From assembly GCA_024654525.1 (NCBI GenBank), contig JANLHI010000030.1, forward strand, positions 80,437 through 144,436: DNA of 64,000 nucleotides, read 5' to 3'. Both the position numbers and the translations under genes were made by a program. The notes below the pieces were generated by a model. That model was given only the letters and a program-made list of their open reading frames with translations, ran no database searches and was not told where the DNA came from. This document shows positions 56,121-64,000 of the stretch, piece after piece. Origin of the DNA: Patescibacteria group bacterium (lineage in GTDB: Bacteria; Patescibacteriota; Minisyncoccia; UBA6257; 2-01-FULL-56-20). The stretch's first letter is position 1. The number at the start of each line of letters is the position of its first letter.

Positions 56121-58106
56121 TTAACTGTTACTCAAAAACCGCCATGCCTCCTTTACACGTCTTCCGGTTCCGGTGATGTCTATTTTAAATCTCTGAAAAA
56201 GTCCGTTGGTAAGGAATCCTAGCGGAGTAACTTTTGTGGGTGGTTGTTTGCCCTTCGCAATACCAAGGTAGAGTGCGCTGTTGATGAGCGCAGTGTGGCT
56301 AAATGCTTGCGGATAATTACCGAGTTGCATACCCGTTTCCGCGTCTATTTCCTCCGCGAAAAGTCCGAGGGGACTCGCATGCGCGAGTATATTTCTATAA
56401 AGTTTTTCCGCTTCCGCGACTCTTCCGGCAAGGGCAAGCGCGTCAATAAGCCAGAACGCGCACATCACAAACGATCCTTCTTTCCCTCTTACACCGTCCG
56501 GTCCATTATATCGCTGTACCAGTCCTTTTTTGGTGAGATACTTCATAGTCGCTTCAATAGTACCCACAACCCTATAATCATTCCCGGGAAGGAATCCTAC
56601 AATCGGAATAAGAAGGTTAGCGGCATCAAGATATTGCGACCCAAAGGATTGCACAAACGTATTCATTTTTTTATTAAATCCTTCCTTCAATACCATCTGC
56701 CATATTGCATCTCTGTTTTCTTCCCATTTTTGGAGCGGTGCGGGAAAATTTTTCTTGACCGCAATTTTTATAGCGCGGTCGAGTGCCACCCAACACATTA
56801 CTTTAGAGAATACAAAATGGCGATCATGTCCGCGAACTTCCCATATTCCCGCATCTTTAGTGCGCCATATCTCACATACAAAATCCGCCGTTTTCTTCAA
56901 AAAATTCCAATCGTTTTTTGAAATTGTTTCACCGAAACGAGTGGTCTCATACGCCATACTCAAAAGCTCTCCGTAGATGTCGAATTGTTTTTGCCCCGTT
57001 GCGGAGTTGTCGATGCGCACCGGACGCGATTTCCGATACCCCTCAAGATGACGCAGTGTTTGCTCGGGAGGTACGTCCTCGCCATGAAGACTCTGCATAA
57101 TGCGAATATCCGAGACCTCCACCCCTTTGTATATCTTCTTAAACCAATTTAAAAGATTCTTTGCATCCTGCTCATGTCCAAGATTGAAAAGCGCCTGCGC
57201 AGTAAATACGGAATCTCTCATCCAATTGAACCGATAATCCCAGTTTCTCTCTCCTCCGATGGATTCGGGGAGCGAGGTGGTGGCGGCCGCCGCAATTGCG
57301 CCGGTTTCTCCATGAGTGAGGAGTTTTAATACAAGCCCCGAGCGTACCGCTAAATCATGCCAATCGCCTCGAAAAATACACTTTGACCTCTCGCATTTAT
57401 GAGCCCAATTTTTCCAGAAAGAAAGCGTGTTTCGGAGTTCTGATTCTCGATTTTTTGGATTGAAATTTTCATGTGCGTTATATTGCATCGTCGCCCAAGC
57501 CGACTCGCCTTTACTTAATGTAAAACTGGCAGACGCGGTGTGATCCTTCACATAAAAAACTGCCGGCATATCGAGGAAAAGTTTTTCCTCCCCCGCAATT
57601 GCCACAATGCCGGTATCCGTTCCTTCTATTTGCGGTTTTACTCGCGCATAATCGAATCGCGGTTTGAAGGTAAGCCCACACGCCACAAATCCCTTGGTAC
57701 ATTCGACTTTACGAAACAGAATTTGATGTTTGTGCCACTTGGTACGTTTTTTGAATGGAGGCATAAAATCGGTAAGCACCGCTTCCCCCGTCCTGCATGT
57801 AAAACGAGTTTCAAGCACATTGGTGTCGCCCTTATAATTCTGTATTCCTTTGAATGGGAGTTTCGGGGCAATCGAGAAAGAACCTCCCTTCCCCGCATCG
57901 AGAATCTTTGCGAACACGCTCCGCGATTCCATATGCGGAAGACAACACCAGTCAATGGAGCCATTTGCACCCACAAGCGCTACGGTCTCGAGATTCCCGA
58001 TAATACCGTAGTGTCCGAGATGATGGTAATCCAATTCTTTGTCCGTATTTCCCCGGAATACTTTTATAAATTTCCCCGCGAGCGAAGTTATTTCTTCAAA
58101 AACCAT
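56121..58106 (-). CDS. glycoside hydrolase family 15 protein (glucoamylase/trehalase-like)
   Basis: 661 aa; the N-terminal beta-sandwich (YGIIGNLETVALVGANGSIDWCCLPHMESRSVFAKILD) and the (alpha/alpha)6 catalytic domain typical of GH15. Confidence 0.85.
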   Translation of the reverse strand: MVFEEITSLAGKFIKVFRGNTDKELDYHHLGHYGIIGNLETVALVGANGSIDWCCLPHMESRSVFAKILDAGKGGSFSIAPKLPFKGIQNYKGDTNVLETRFTCRTGEAVLTDFMPPFKKRTKWHKHQILFRKVECTKGFVACGLTFKPRFDYARVKPQIEGTDTGIVAIAGEEKLFLDMPAVFYVKDHTASASFTLSKGESAWATMQYNAHENFNPKNRESELRNTLSFWKNWAHKCERSKCIFRGDWHDLAVRSGLVLKLLTHGETGAIAAAATTSLPESIGGERNWDYRFNWMRDSVFTAQALFNLGHEQDAKNLLNWFKKIYKGVEVSDIRIMQSLHGEDVPPEQTLRHLEGYRKSRPVRIDNSATGQKQFDIYGELLSMAYETTRFGETISKNDWNFLKKTADFVCEIWRTKDAGIWEVRGHDRHFVFSKVMCWVALDRAIKIAVKKNFPAPLQKWEENRDAIWQMVLKEGFNKKMNTFVQSFGSQYLDAANLLIPIVGFLPGNDYRVVGTIEATMKYLTKKGLVQRYNGPDGVRGKEGSFVMCAFWLIDALALAGRVAEAEKLYRNILAHASPLGLFAEEIDAETGMQLGNYPQAFSHTALINSALYLGIAKGKQPPTKVTPLGFLTNGLFQRFKIDITGTGRRVKEAWRFLSNS

Positions 58107-58203
58107 TATGCATATAGTAACGAAAATACTTCAGTGATGGAAATGGGAAACAATATTGTGTATTTGTGATTTAGACGCATACCCTATACACTAAACTCTC
58201 GAT

Positions 58204-59658
58204 ATGGCAAAAAACGAAGTGATTATTAGATTTGATGAAGTTTCGTTCGAATATGGCGCCAAAAAACCGATTCTTACGGAGGCAAAATTTTCGATTCGTG
58301 AAAATAACAAGGTGACGCTGATGGGACAGAATGGTGCGGGAAAAAGTACCATATTCCAGCTTATTATAGGGTCACTGCGTCCGGAATCCGGAAACGTGAT
58401 CGTAAAAGATAAACTGACACTTGCCACCGCGCGGCAAGTCATTCCCCGCGAACACGCGAACCTTACCGTGCGTGAATTTTTTGAAGCTGCATTTCAGGAA
58501 AAGGTATATGACATCGAGCCGAGAATTAAGAAAATTCTTGAGGTAGTGCATCTCAAGGCGCCACTCACCAGAAAAGTGACGGAGTTTTCCGGCGGACAAC
58601 AAGCGCGCCTCCTCCTTGCGCACGCGCTTATTCAAAATCCTGATATTCTTCTTTTGGACGAACCCACAAACAATCTCGACAAGGAAGGGATTGCACATCT
58701 TACCGATTTCCTTATCTCATATCAAAAAACATGTATTGTTATTTCTCACGATGCGGATTTCCTGAATTCCTTTACCGATGGTGTTCTCTATCTCGACAGT
58801 TTTACAAAAAAAATTGAGCAGTATACCGGAAATTATTTCGATGTAGTAAAAGAAATTCACAATCGCTTGGAACGCGAGCGTATGAAAAATGTTCGTCTTG
58901 AAAAGGATATTATGCACCGCAAAGAACAGGCTAATTTCTTTGCGCAAAAAGGGGGGCACATGCGTGATGTCGCCCGCAAGATGAAAGAGAAAATTGAGGA
59001 TTTGTCCGAGGAAATAGTTGAGGAACGACAAGAAGACAAGACCATTAGAAAATTCCACATCCCCTGTCAGCAAGACCTCTCCGGACGTCTGTTGGAGCTT
59101 AATTCGGTAACCATCATCCGTAATCATAAACCAAGTGTGAAAAAGGTTTCGATTGCATTAAAGAAGAAGGAGCGGCTTCTTCTCACCGGACCCAACGGTA
59201 TTGGAAAAACCACACTTCTCGAGAAGCTTGCAACCGGACACGCCAAAGGAGAACATATCGCAAAAGATGTGCGCATCGGTTACTACCGACAAGATTTTTC
59301 AACACTCGACTTTAACGCCACGGTGTATGACACCCTGCGTGATGTAATGGGAGTCGGTACGGAACAGGATCTTCGCTCTACTGCGGCGGGATTTCTTATA
59401 GACGCGGAGGTACTCAAAACAAAGATAGGTTCTCTTTCGGAGGGACAGAAGGGACTTGCCGCGTTTGCGCGTCTTGTACTTCTTAAACCGGGAATCCTTA
59501 TTTTGGACGAACCTACAAATCACATCAACTTTCGGCATATTCCGGTCATTGCTCAAGCGCTTGATTCCTACGAAGGCGCAATGATACTCGTAAGCCACGT
59601 ACCGGATTTTATCGCACAAATAAAAATCACCACTACGCTCGATCTTGATTCGCGGTAA
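58204..59658 (+). CDS. ABC-F family ATP-binding cassette protein (tandem ABC domains, no TM)
   Basis: Two copies of Walker A (GQNGAGKST; GPNGIGKTT), the signature LSGGQ/LSEGQ, and LLLDEPTN. Confidence 0.85.
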   Translation: MAKNEVIIRFDEVSFEYGAKKPILTEAKFSIRENNKVTLMGQNGAGKSTIFQLIIGSLRPESGNVIVKDKLTLATARQVIPREHANLTVREFFEAAFQEKVYDIEPRIKKILEVVHLKAPLTRKVTEFSGGQQARLLLAHALIQNPDILLLDEPTNNLDKEGIAHLTDFLISYQKTCIVISHDADFLNSFTDGVLYLDSFTKKIEQYTGNYFDVVKEIHNRLERERMKNVRLEKDIMHRKEQANFFAQKGGHMRDVARKMKEKIEDLSEEIVEERQEDKTIRKFHIPCQQDLSGRLLELNSVTIIRNHKPSVKKVSIALKKKERLLLTGPNGIGKTTLLEKLATGHAKGEHIAKDVRIGYYRQDFSTLDFNATVYDTLRDVMGVGTEQDLRSTAAGFLIDAEVLKTKIGSLSEGQKGLAAFARLVLLKPGILILDEPTNHINFRHIPVIAQALDSYEGAMILVSHVPDFIAQIKITTTLDLDSR

Positions 59659-59775
59659 TACCACCTCCATCTGCGATGAAACGCAGTCGAACAAAATATA
59701 TTATCCATTTCGCACCACGCACCGCAAAAAGACATGAGCAGTCCGCATTTGCGCAACATTTCTAAATTCCCTGTT

Positions 59776-60492
59776 ATGTATTACAAAAACGCACGGGTAG
59801 GAATAGACATTGGGGGGACAAAAATCCGCTGGATATATTTACAACACGGACGGTATCGTGCGGAAAAAGAAATTCAAACTCCCCGCACGCGAGCACATTT
59901 CATACGTCTTCTGCAAACTCTTTTCTTTTCCTTCCACACACGAGGAGTACGTCATATCGGTATCGGGATCGCGGGAGTTGTTTCTGACACCACCCTTCTT
60001 GAAAGCCCGAATCTCCCCCATCTTCGCAATCTTAATTTTTCCTGTATTGCGCCTCCAAATGTATCTTTGCGTATTGATAATGATGCTCGTTGTTTTGCGC
60101 GGGCAGAAGCGACGTACGGACACTTATTCCATACCGATTCAGGACTTACCGTTATCTTCGGCACCGGAATAGGACGTGCAGTTTCCCGAAAAGGAAAAAT
60201 TATTCCGATTACACAATTAATGTTTCCCGAATCGTGGGAGTCGGAATATCAAGAGAGAAGAAAACATAACCCTTCATCACTTGCTCCCTTTCTCGGGGAA
60301 AAAATAGTCGCCCTAATATCCAAATACAAGCCCCATACGCTTATCCTTGGCGGTGGAACTTTGAGAGAACGACATCTTTTTCATACTCTTCAACGGGAAC
60401 TCCGGAAGCGTGGTGTCCATATTCCAATATATTACTCGCGGTTCCGCAAAAACTCAGGCGCACTTGGTGCGGCTCTTTTGTTTTCCACATAA
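59776..60492 (+). CDS. ROK family sugar kinase
   Basis: VGIDIGGTKIRW at the N-terminus and a C-terminal ROK region; the start was moved to the internal Met, which fits the ROK N-terminus. Confidence 0.65.
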   Translation: MYYKNARVGIDIGGTKIRWIYLQHGRYRAEKEIQTPRTRAHFIRLLQTLFFSFHTRGVRHIGIGIAGVVSDTTLLESPNLPHLRNLNFSCIAPPNVSLRIDNDARCFARAEATYGHLFHTDSGLTVIFGTGIGRAVSRKGKIIPITQLMFPESWESEYQERRKHNPSSLAPFLGEKIVALISKYKPHTLILGGGTLRERHLFHTLQRELRKRGVHIPIYYSRFRKNSGALGAALLFST

Positions 60493-60509
60493 TTGCGATT
60501 ATTTATTTT

Positions 60510-62153
60510 TTACTGGGAGTTCAATGATGCACGAGTGCTCGGACCCACGTTCCCCAATGGAGTAATTCCATGTGCGGTTTGATATTCCTTCACCGCAGCT
60601 TTGGTGAGTGAGCCGTAAAATCCAGTAACAGGGCCAGTGTAGTACCCCTCTTTCGTAAGCCGATTTTGCAATGCAGTCACATCCGATCCTTCCGAATTGA
60701 TGTCGAGTGGATTAAGGAATTGATATGTTCCGGAGCTCGCCTGAGCGGTAACTAACGAAGAAACGCTTCCGCTTGCCGTGTTGGACGTAATTTTTGATAC
60801 AAGTTGTACCAACGTGTTTTGCATGGTCTGGATTTCCGATACAAGCTGAAGAAGCTTACTTTGCATAGCTTGAATCGCCGACAAAACTTCGCTGTTTGAC
60901 ACGGTTTGCGCTGTTGTTATCACTACGGGAGCAACCACCGGCGCCACCGTTGGAGTCGGTGTTATTGTCGGATCTGCAACTACGGTCGTGGGAGTAGGCA
61001 CTATACTTGACGGCACCGGTCCGTTTATTACCGTGAAAAAAATAGTATTGCAAGGACCTGTGGAACACACCGTGACGAATGCAGATCCCGCACCCTTACC
61101 GGTAAGCGTTAGAATATTCCCGCTGATGCTTGCTTGGATAATATTCGGGCTCGGATTATTGGAAACCGAATAATTTCCCGTACCGCCCGAAAGAGTCGTC
61201 GTAACATTTTCCCCTACCGAAATAGTGGGATTCGCTATACTGAACGTCAACTTGGTGGGATTTCCCGTAGCGGAGGATGCGGTTGCCGTAGTAGTAGTTC
61301 CTATTGTTGCATTCACCGAACCACATCCGTTCGATACAGAACAGACCGTAATTGTGGATGTTCCATTTGTTAATCCGGTAATGGAAAGTACTGATCCATT
61401 AACTGCTTGAGAAGCGGCACTTGGATTAGTGGTGGCGGATATGTAATATCCCGATCCTCCTGAAATATCAACGCTTATCGCCTGCCCGATTGCAATAATT
61501 GGATTGGACTGGCTAAAAGTGATTGCGCTGTTTTCCGAAGTGCCACTTCCAATCGTTATGCTTAGATTCGCACAATTTGAAGCACTTCCGACATAACACA
61601 CGGTTGCAGTCGCCGTCCCAAGCTGATTTCCGGTAACCGTAATTGTTGTTCCGCTTATCGTAATAGTCGCAACTATGGGCGCGGAATTCAGTGAAAGATA
61701 AATTGCATTGGAACTCCCCTGTGAAGTTACGATCGCGGTTTGACCAAGACCCACCGTGAGACTTGATTGACTCAATGACGGTGCGCCGGAGGTGTTTGTG
61801 CCGCTTGATGATGATGGCCATACCTGCGAAGACGACTGTTGTCCATTCACCGTCACATACGCCGATGTCCCCGCACTGGCCGCATATGCAAAGCTGTTAA
61901 GTGTAGTGGAAAATGTTCCACCCGCGTTTGTAGATCCAAGCGTAGTAGAGAGCGATCCTGAAGAACTGCCGATGTTGTAATACAACATCACCCCGGAACT
62001 CGGATCACCCGTGACATTAATCTGCACGGAATCATCTCCGAGATTCGTAAGGGAAAGCGTCGGTGTTGCCGCATACACGCTCGATACGACCGCAAACATT
62101 ACTACCGCACACACACTCACAATATAAGGCACACGTAGAAAATGGTGTTTCAT
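60510..62153 (-). CDS. secreted surface protein with Big_2-like Ig repeats, a short coiled coil and a C-terminal peptidoglycan-binding (PG_binding_1-like) domain
   Basis: Signal peptide (MKHHFLRVPYIVSVCAVVMFAVVSSVYA); Ser/Thr/Gly-rich; three roughly 70-aa repeats each with a Cys pair (TATVCYVGSASNCANLSI, TITVCSVSNGCGSVNATIG, FVTVCSTGPCNTIFF); C-terminal LQNRLTKEGYYTGPVTGFYGSLTKAAVKEYQTAHGI. Confidence 0.6.
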   Translation of the reverse strand: MKHHFLRVPYIVSVCAVVMFAVVSSVYAATPTLSLTNLGDDSVQINVTGDPSSGVMLYYNIGSSSGSLSTTLGSTNAGGTFSTTLNSFAYAASAGTSAYVTVNGQQSSSQVWPSSSSGTNTSGAPSLSQSSLTVGLGQTAIVTSQGSSNAIYLSLNSAPIVATITISGTTITVTGNQLGTATATVCYVGSASNCANLSITIGSGTSENSAITFSQSNPIIAIGQAISVDISGGSGYYISATTNPSAASQAVNGSVLSITGLTNGTSTITVCSVSNGCGSVNATIGTTTTATASSATGNPTKLTFSIANPTISVGENVTTTLSGGTGNYSVSNNPSPNIIQASISGNILTLTGKGAGSAFVTVCSTGPCNTIFFTVINGPVPSSIVPTPTTVVADPTITPTPTVAPVVAPVVITTAQTVSNSEVLSAIQAMQSKLLQLVSEIQTMQNTLVQLVSKITSNTASGSVSSLVTAQASSGTYQFLNPLDINSEGSDVTALQNRLTKEGYYTGPVTGFYGSLTKAAVKEYQTAHGITPLGNVGPSTRASLNSQ

Positions 62154-62249
62154 ATCTTCATTATATACATTATTTCTATTTTTCAAGAGCATACGTATAT
62201 TCTTCTTGCACTATCCCCTTTTCTCCTTATGTAAGGTAAGCTGAATACC

Positions 62250-63251
62250 ATGCTTATCGATGATATACATATTGGGGTGAGTGCCGGAAAAGGAGGCAAG
62301 GGAGCCGTGGCGTTTAACAAAAATATGATGAGTTTGGGACCCGCAGGTGGTTCCGGAGGTCATGGCGGCAGCGTCTATGCAGAAGGTATTGTCGATATCG
62401 GAGCGTTGCGCCAGTTCAGGCACAAAAAAGAATTTGCCGCGGAAAACGGCAAAGACGGACGAAACCAGTTTAAAGATGGGCATGATGGAGAAGACCTGGT
62501 ACTCAAAGTTCCCGTGGGTACCGTGATACACCACGTCATCGACGGCACCGCACGCGAGGTAACAAAAATCGGAGAGCGCATACTTTTGGCGCAGGGAGGT
62601 AAAGGAGGTAAAGGAAATCTCCAATTTAAATCTTCAAAAAATACTTCTCCGAGGCAATCACAGCCGGGATTACCCGGCGATCGCTTTATGTTCCGATTTG
62701 AGCTAAAGCTTATTGCGGACGTTGGATTTGTCGGCATGCCAAACGCCGGAAAATCAAGTCTCCTTAACAGTCTTACCAATGCAAAAAGCAAAGTTGCGAA
62801 TTATCCCTTTACCACACTCGAACCAAATCTTGGCGCTTATTATGAGCTTATTCTCGCCGACATTCCGGGGCTTATCGAGGGAGCAGCTTCCGGAAAGGGA
62901 TTGGGAATAAAATTCTTGCGCCATATCGAACGCACCCACATTCTTTTTCATTTCATTTCCGCAGAATCATCCGATCCTGTCCGCGACTATACACTTATTC
63001 GCAAAGAACTTGAGAAGTACAATAAAAAACTTCTTGAAAAACCGGAGTATATATTTCTTTCCAAATGCGACCTTATAGACGAGGCGGATGCAAAGAAAAA
63101 ACTATCAACTCTTTCCGCAATGCACAAATCCAAATCCACCAAAAAAATGAGTATTCCAAAAACCACAATGATTTCGATATATGATGAAGAAAGTATCGCG
63201 CGTGTAGAAAAAATATTGAGTATAGCTCAAAAAGAGAAGATTGCCTCATAA
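62250..63251 (+). CDS. obg: GTPase Obg/CgtA
   Basis: Obg fold N-terminus (GGKGG repeats) and G domain GFVGMPNAGKSSLL...DIPGLIEGA. Confidence 0.9.
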   Translation: MLIDDIHIGVSAGKGGKGAVAFNKNMMSLGPAGGSGGHGGSVYAEGIVDIGALRQFRHKKEFAAENGKDGRNQFKDGHDGEDLVLKVPVGTVIHHVIDGTAREVTKIGERILLAQGGKGGKGNLQFKSSKNTSPRQSQPGLPGDRFMFRFELKLIADVGFVGMPNAGKSSLLNSLTNAKSKVANYPFTTLEPNLGAYYELILADIPGLIEGAASGKGLGIKFLRHIERTHILFHFISAESSDPVRDYTLIRKELEKYNKKLLEKPEYIFLSKCDLIDEADAKKKLSTLSAMHKSKSTKKMSIPKTTMISIYDEESIARVEKILSIAQKEKIAS

Positions 63252-63292
63252 ACTGAGTGCTTATTCGTGCGAATATTGCTATACTATATTCG

Positions 63293-63613
63293 ATGAAAAA
63301 ATCAGTATTACAATATGCGCTTTTTGATGCGGGGCTTACTCTCGCATACATTTCCCTTGTCTCTTTTTTTATTGCGAATGGTGAAGCTATTTTCGGCCCG
63401 GGCGGGGGCCAATTCGCCACAATGGCATTCCTTCTCCTCTTTGTCGTATCCGCCGCACTCACGGGACTTTTCGTCTTCGGACGTCCCATTCTTTGGCATG
63501 TACAGGGAGCAACGCATGAAGGGATCACTCTTGCAATTTATACGGTGGTATACCTCGCCATAGCAACACTGCTTGCACTTGGATTTCTTTTTTGGATTCT
63601 GCACTCTGCTTGA
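63293..63613 (+). CDS. hypothetical small membrane protein
   Basis: Three predicted TM helices; the start was set at the internal Met (the ORF track starts at 63257). Confidence 0.4.
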   Translation: MKKSVLQYALFDAGLTLAYISLVSFFIANGEAIFGPGGGQFATMAFLLLFVVSAALTGLFVFGRPILWHVQGATHEGITLAIYTVVYLAIATLLALGFLFWILHSA

Positions 63614-63690
63614 CTTTGGTGAGAAAATTGGTGATAATTGCACCTGCGGTGCCCACGGGGCCGCTTTTCTTTTATTCAACCATCACCCAT

Positions 63691-64000
63691 ATGAAACTTC
63701 GCAATATTGCAATCATCGCGCACGTAGACCATGGAAAGTCTACGCTCACCGATCAGCTTCTCCGACAATCGGGAACGAATCTCGGCAAAGCAGGAATCCA
63801 GGAAATGGTCATGGATTGGAACGACCTTGAGCGCGAACGCGGTATTACCATTTTTTCCAAGAATGCTTCTTTGCAATACAAAGATATAAAGATAAATATG
63901 ATCGACACTCCCGGCCACGCGGACTTTGGCGGTGAGGTGGAACGCATCCTTAATATGGCGGATGGCGCTCTTTTGCTTGTAGACGCACAAGAAGGTCCAA
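63691..64000 (+). CDS. typA: translational GTPase TypA/BipA, N-terminal fragment (continues beyond the window)
   Basis: [24 protein letters not shown]...[14 protein letters not shown] matches the BipA G-domain start; the reading frame is open at the window end. Confidence 0.85.
   Translation, partial: MKLRNIAIIAHVDHGKSTLTDQLLRQSGTNLGKAGIQEMVMDWNDLERERGITIFSKNASLQYKDIKINMIDTPGHADFGGEVERILNMADGALLLVDAQEGP

Noticed and set aside
1-64000. CRISPR arrays, rRNA genes, transposases, integrases
   Set aside because: No regularly spaced direct repeats, no rRNA-like conserved stretches, and no ORF with DDE/tyrosine/serine recombinase motifs were seen.

Overview
The window looks like a small-genome, AT-rich bacterium (roughly 40-45% GC, tightly packed, many ATGA start/stop overlaps), and the gene content is reminiscent of Candidate Phyla Radiation / Patescibacteria lineages; this taxonomic call is inference only. 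Most of the 64 kb is housekeeping on both strands. From the left: a Sua5/YrdC C-terminal fragment, a FAD-linked oxidase, a YfiH/PgeF-family protein, acylphosphatase, a bifunctional PGI/PMI, then a GC-rich block (4142-6350) carrying a 432-aa orphan protein and a DUF4258-like gene. Next comes a glutamate-centred cluster: an Asp/Glu racemase, a C26 gamma-glutamyl hydrolase-like amidotransferase, a GC-rich GCS2-type carboxylate-amine ligase and an M20 peptidase. These are followed by ychF, an ABC ATPase plus ABC-2 permease, and a short PaaX-family regulator bracketed by two near-identical perfect palindromes. On the minus strand lie recR, dnaB, cysS and corA. The + strand continues with hrcA-grpE-dnaK-(membrane ORF)-dnaJ, two tRNA-Lys genes, secD and secF, a sigma-70 r4/HARE-HTH protein, and a conserved-looking trio (447-aa and 171-aa membrane-anchored proteins plus a soluble VirD4/TraG-family P-loop ATPase). 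Further on, two large paralogous Cys-rich multi-zinc-ribbon proteins flank cutA and pepA. They are followed by murG, gltX, a coiled-coil M23 peptidase, a CofE-like protein and murC. A PD-(D/E)xK nuclease, a membrane bPH/AlbA_2 (Schlafen-like) protein and a DnaQ/RNase H-like exonuclease form a candidate defence islet. The remainder holds rpmA, rplI, an S41 protease, def and fmt, a 600-bp GC-rich structured non-coding gap, sodA, tRNA-Gln, a GH15 hydrolase, an ABC-F protein, a ROK kinase, a Big_2/peptidoglycan-binding surface protein, obg and the start of typA. I found no CRISPR array, rRNA, transposase or integrase. The most unusual signals are the Cys-rich paralog pair, the cluster of AAGGTTNAACCTT palindromes inside the 3' end of fmt that abuts the structured non-coding region, the palindrome-bracketed PaaX-like gene, the nuclease/AlbA_2 islet, and the GC-rich orphan/DUF4258 island.
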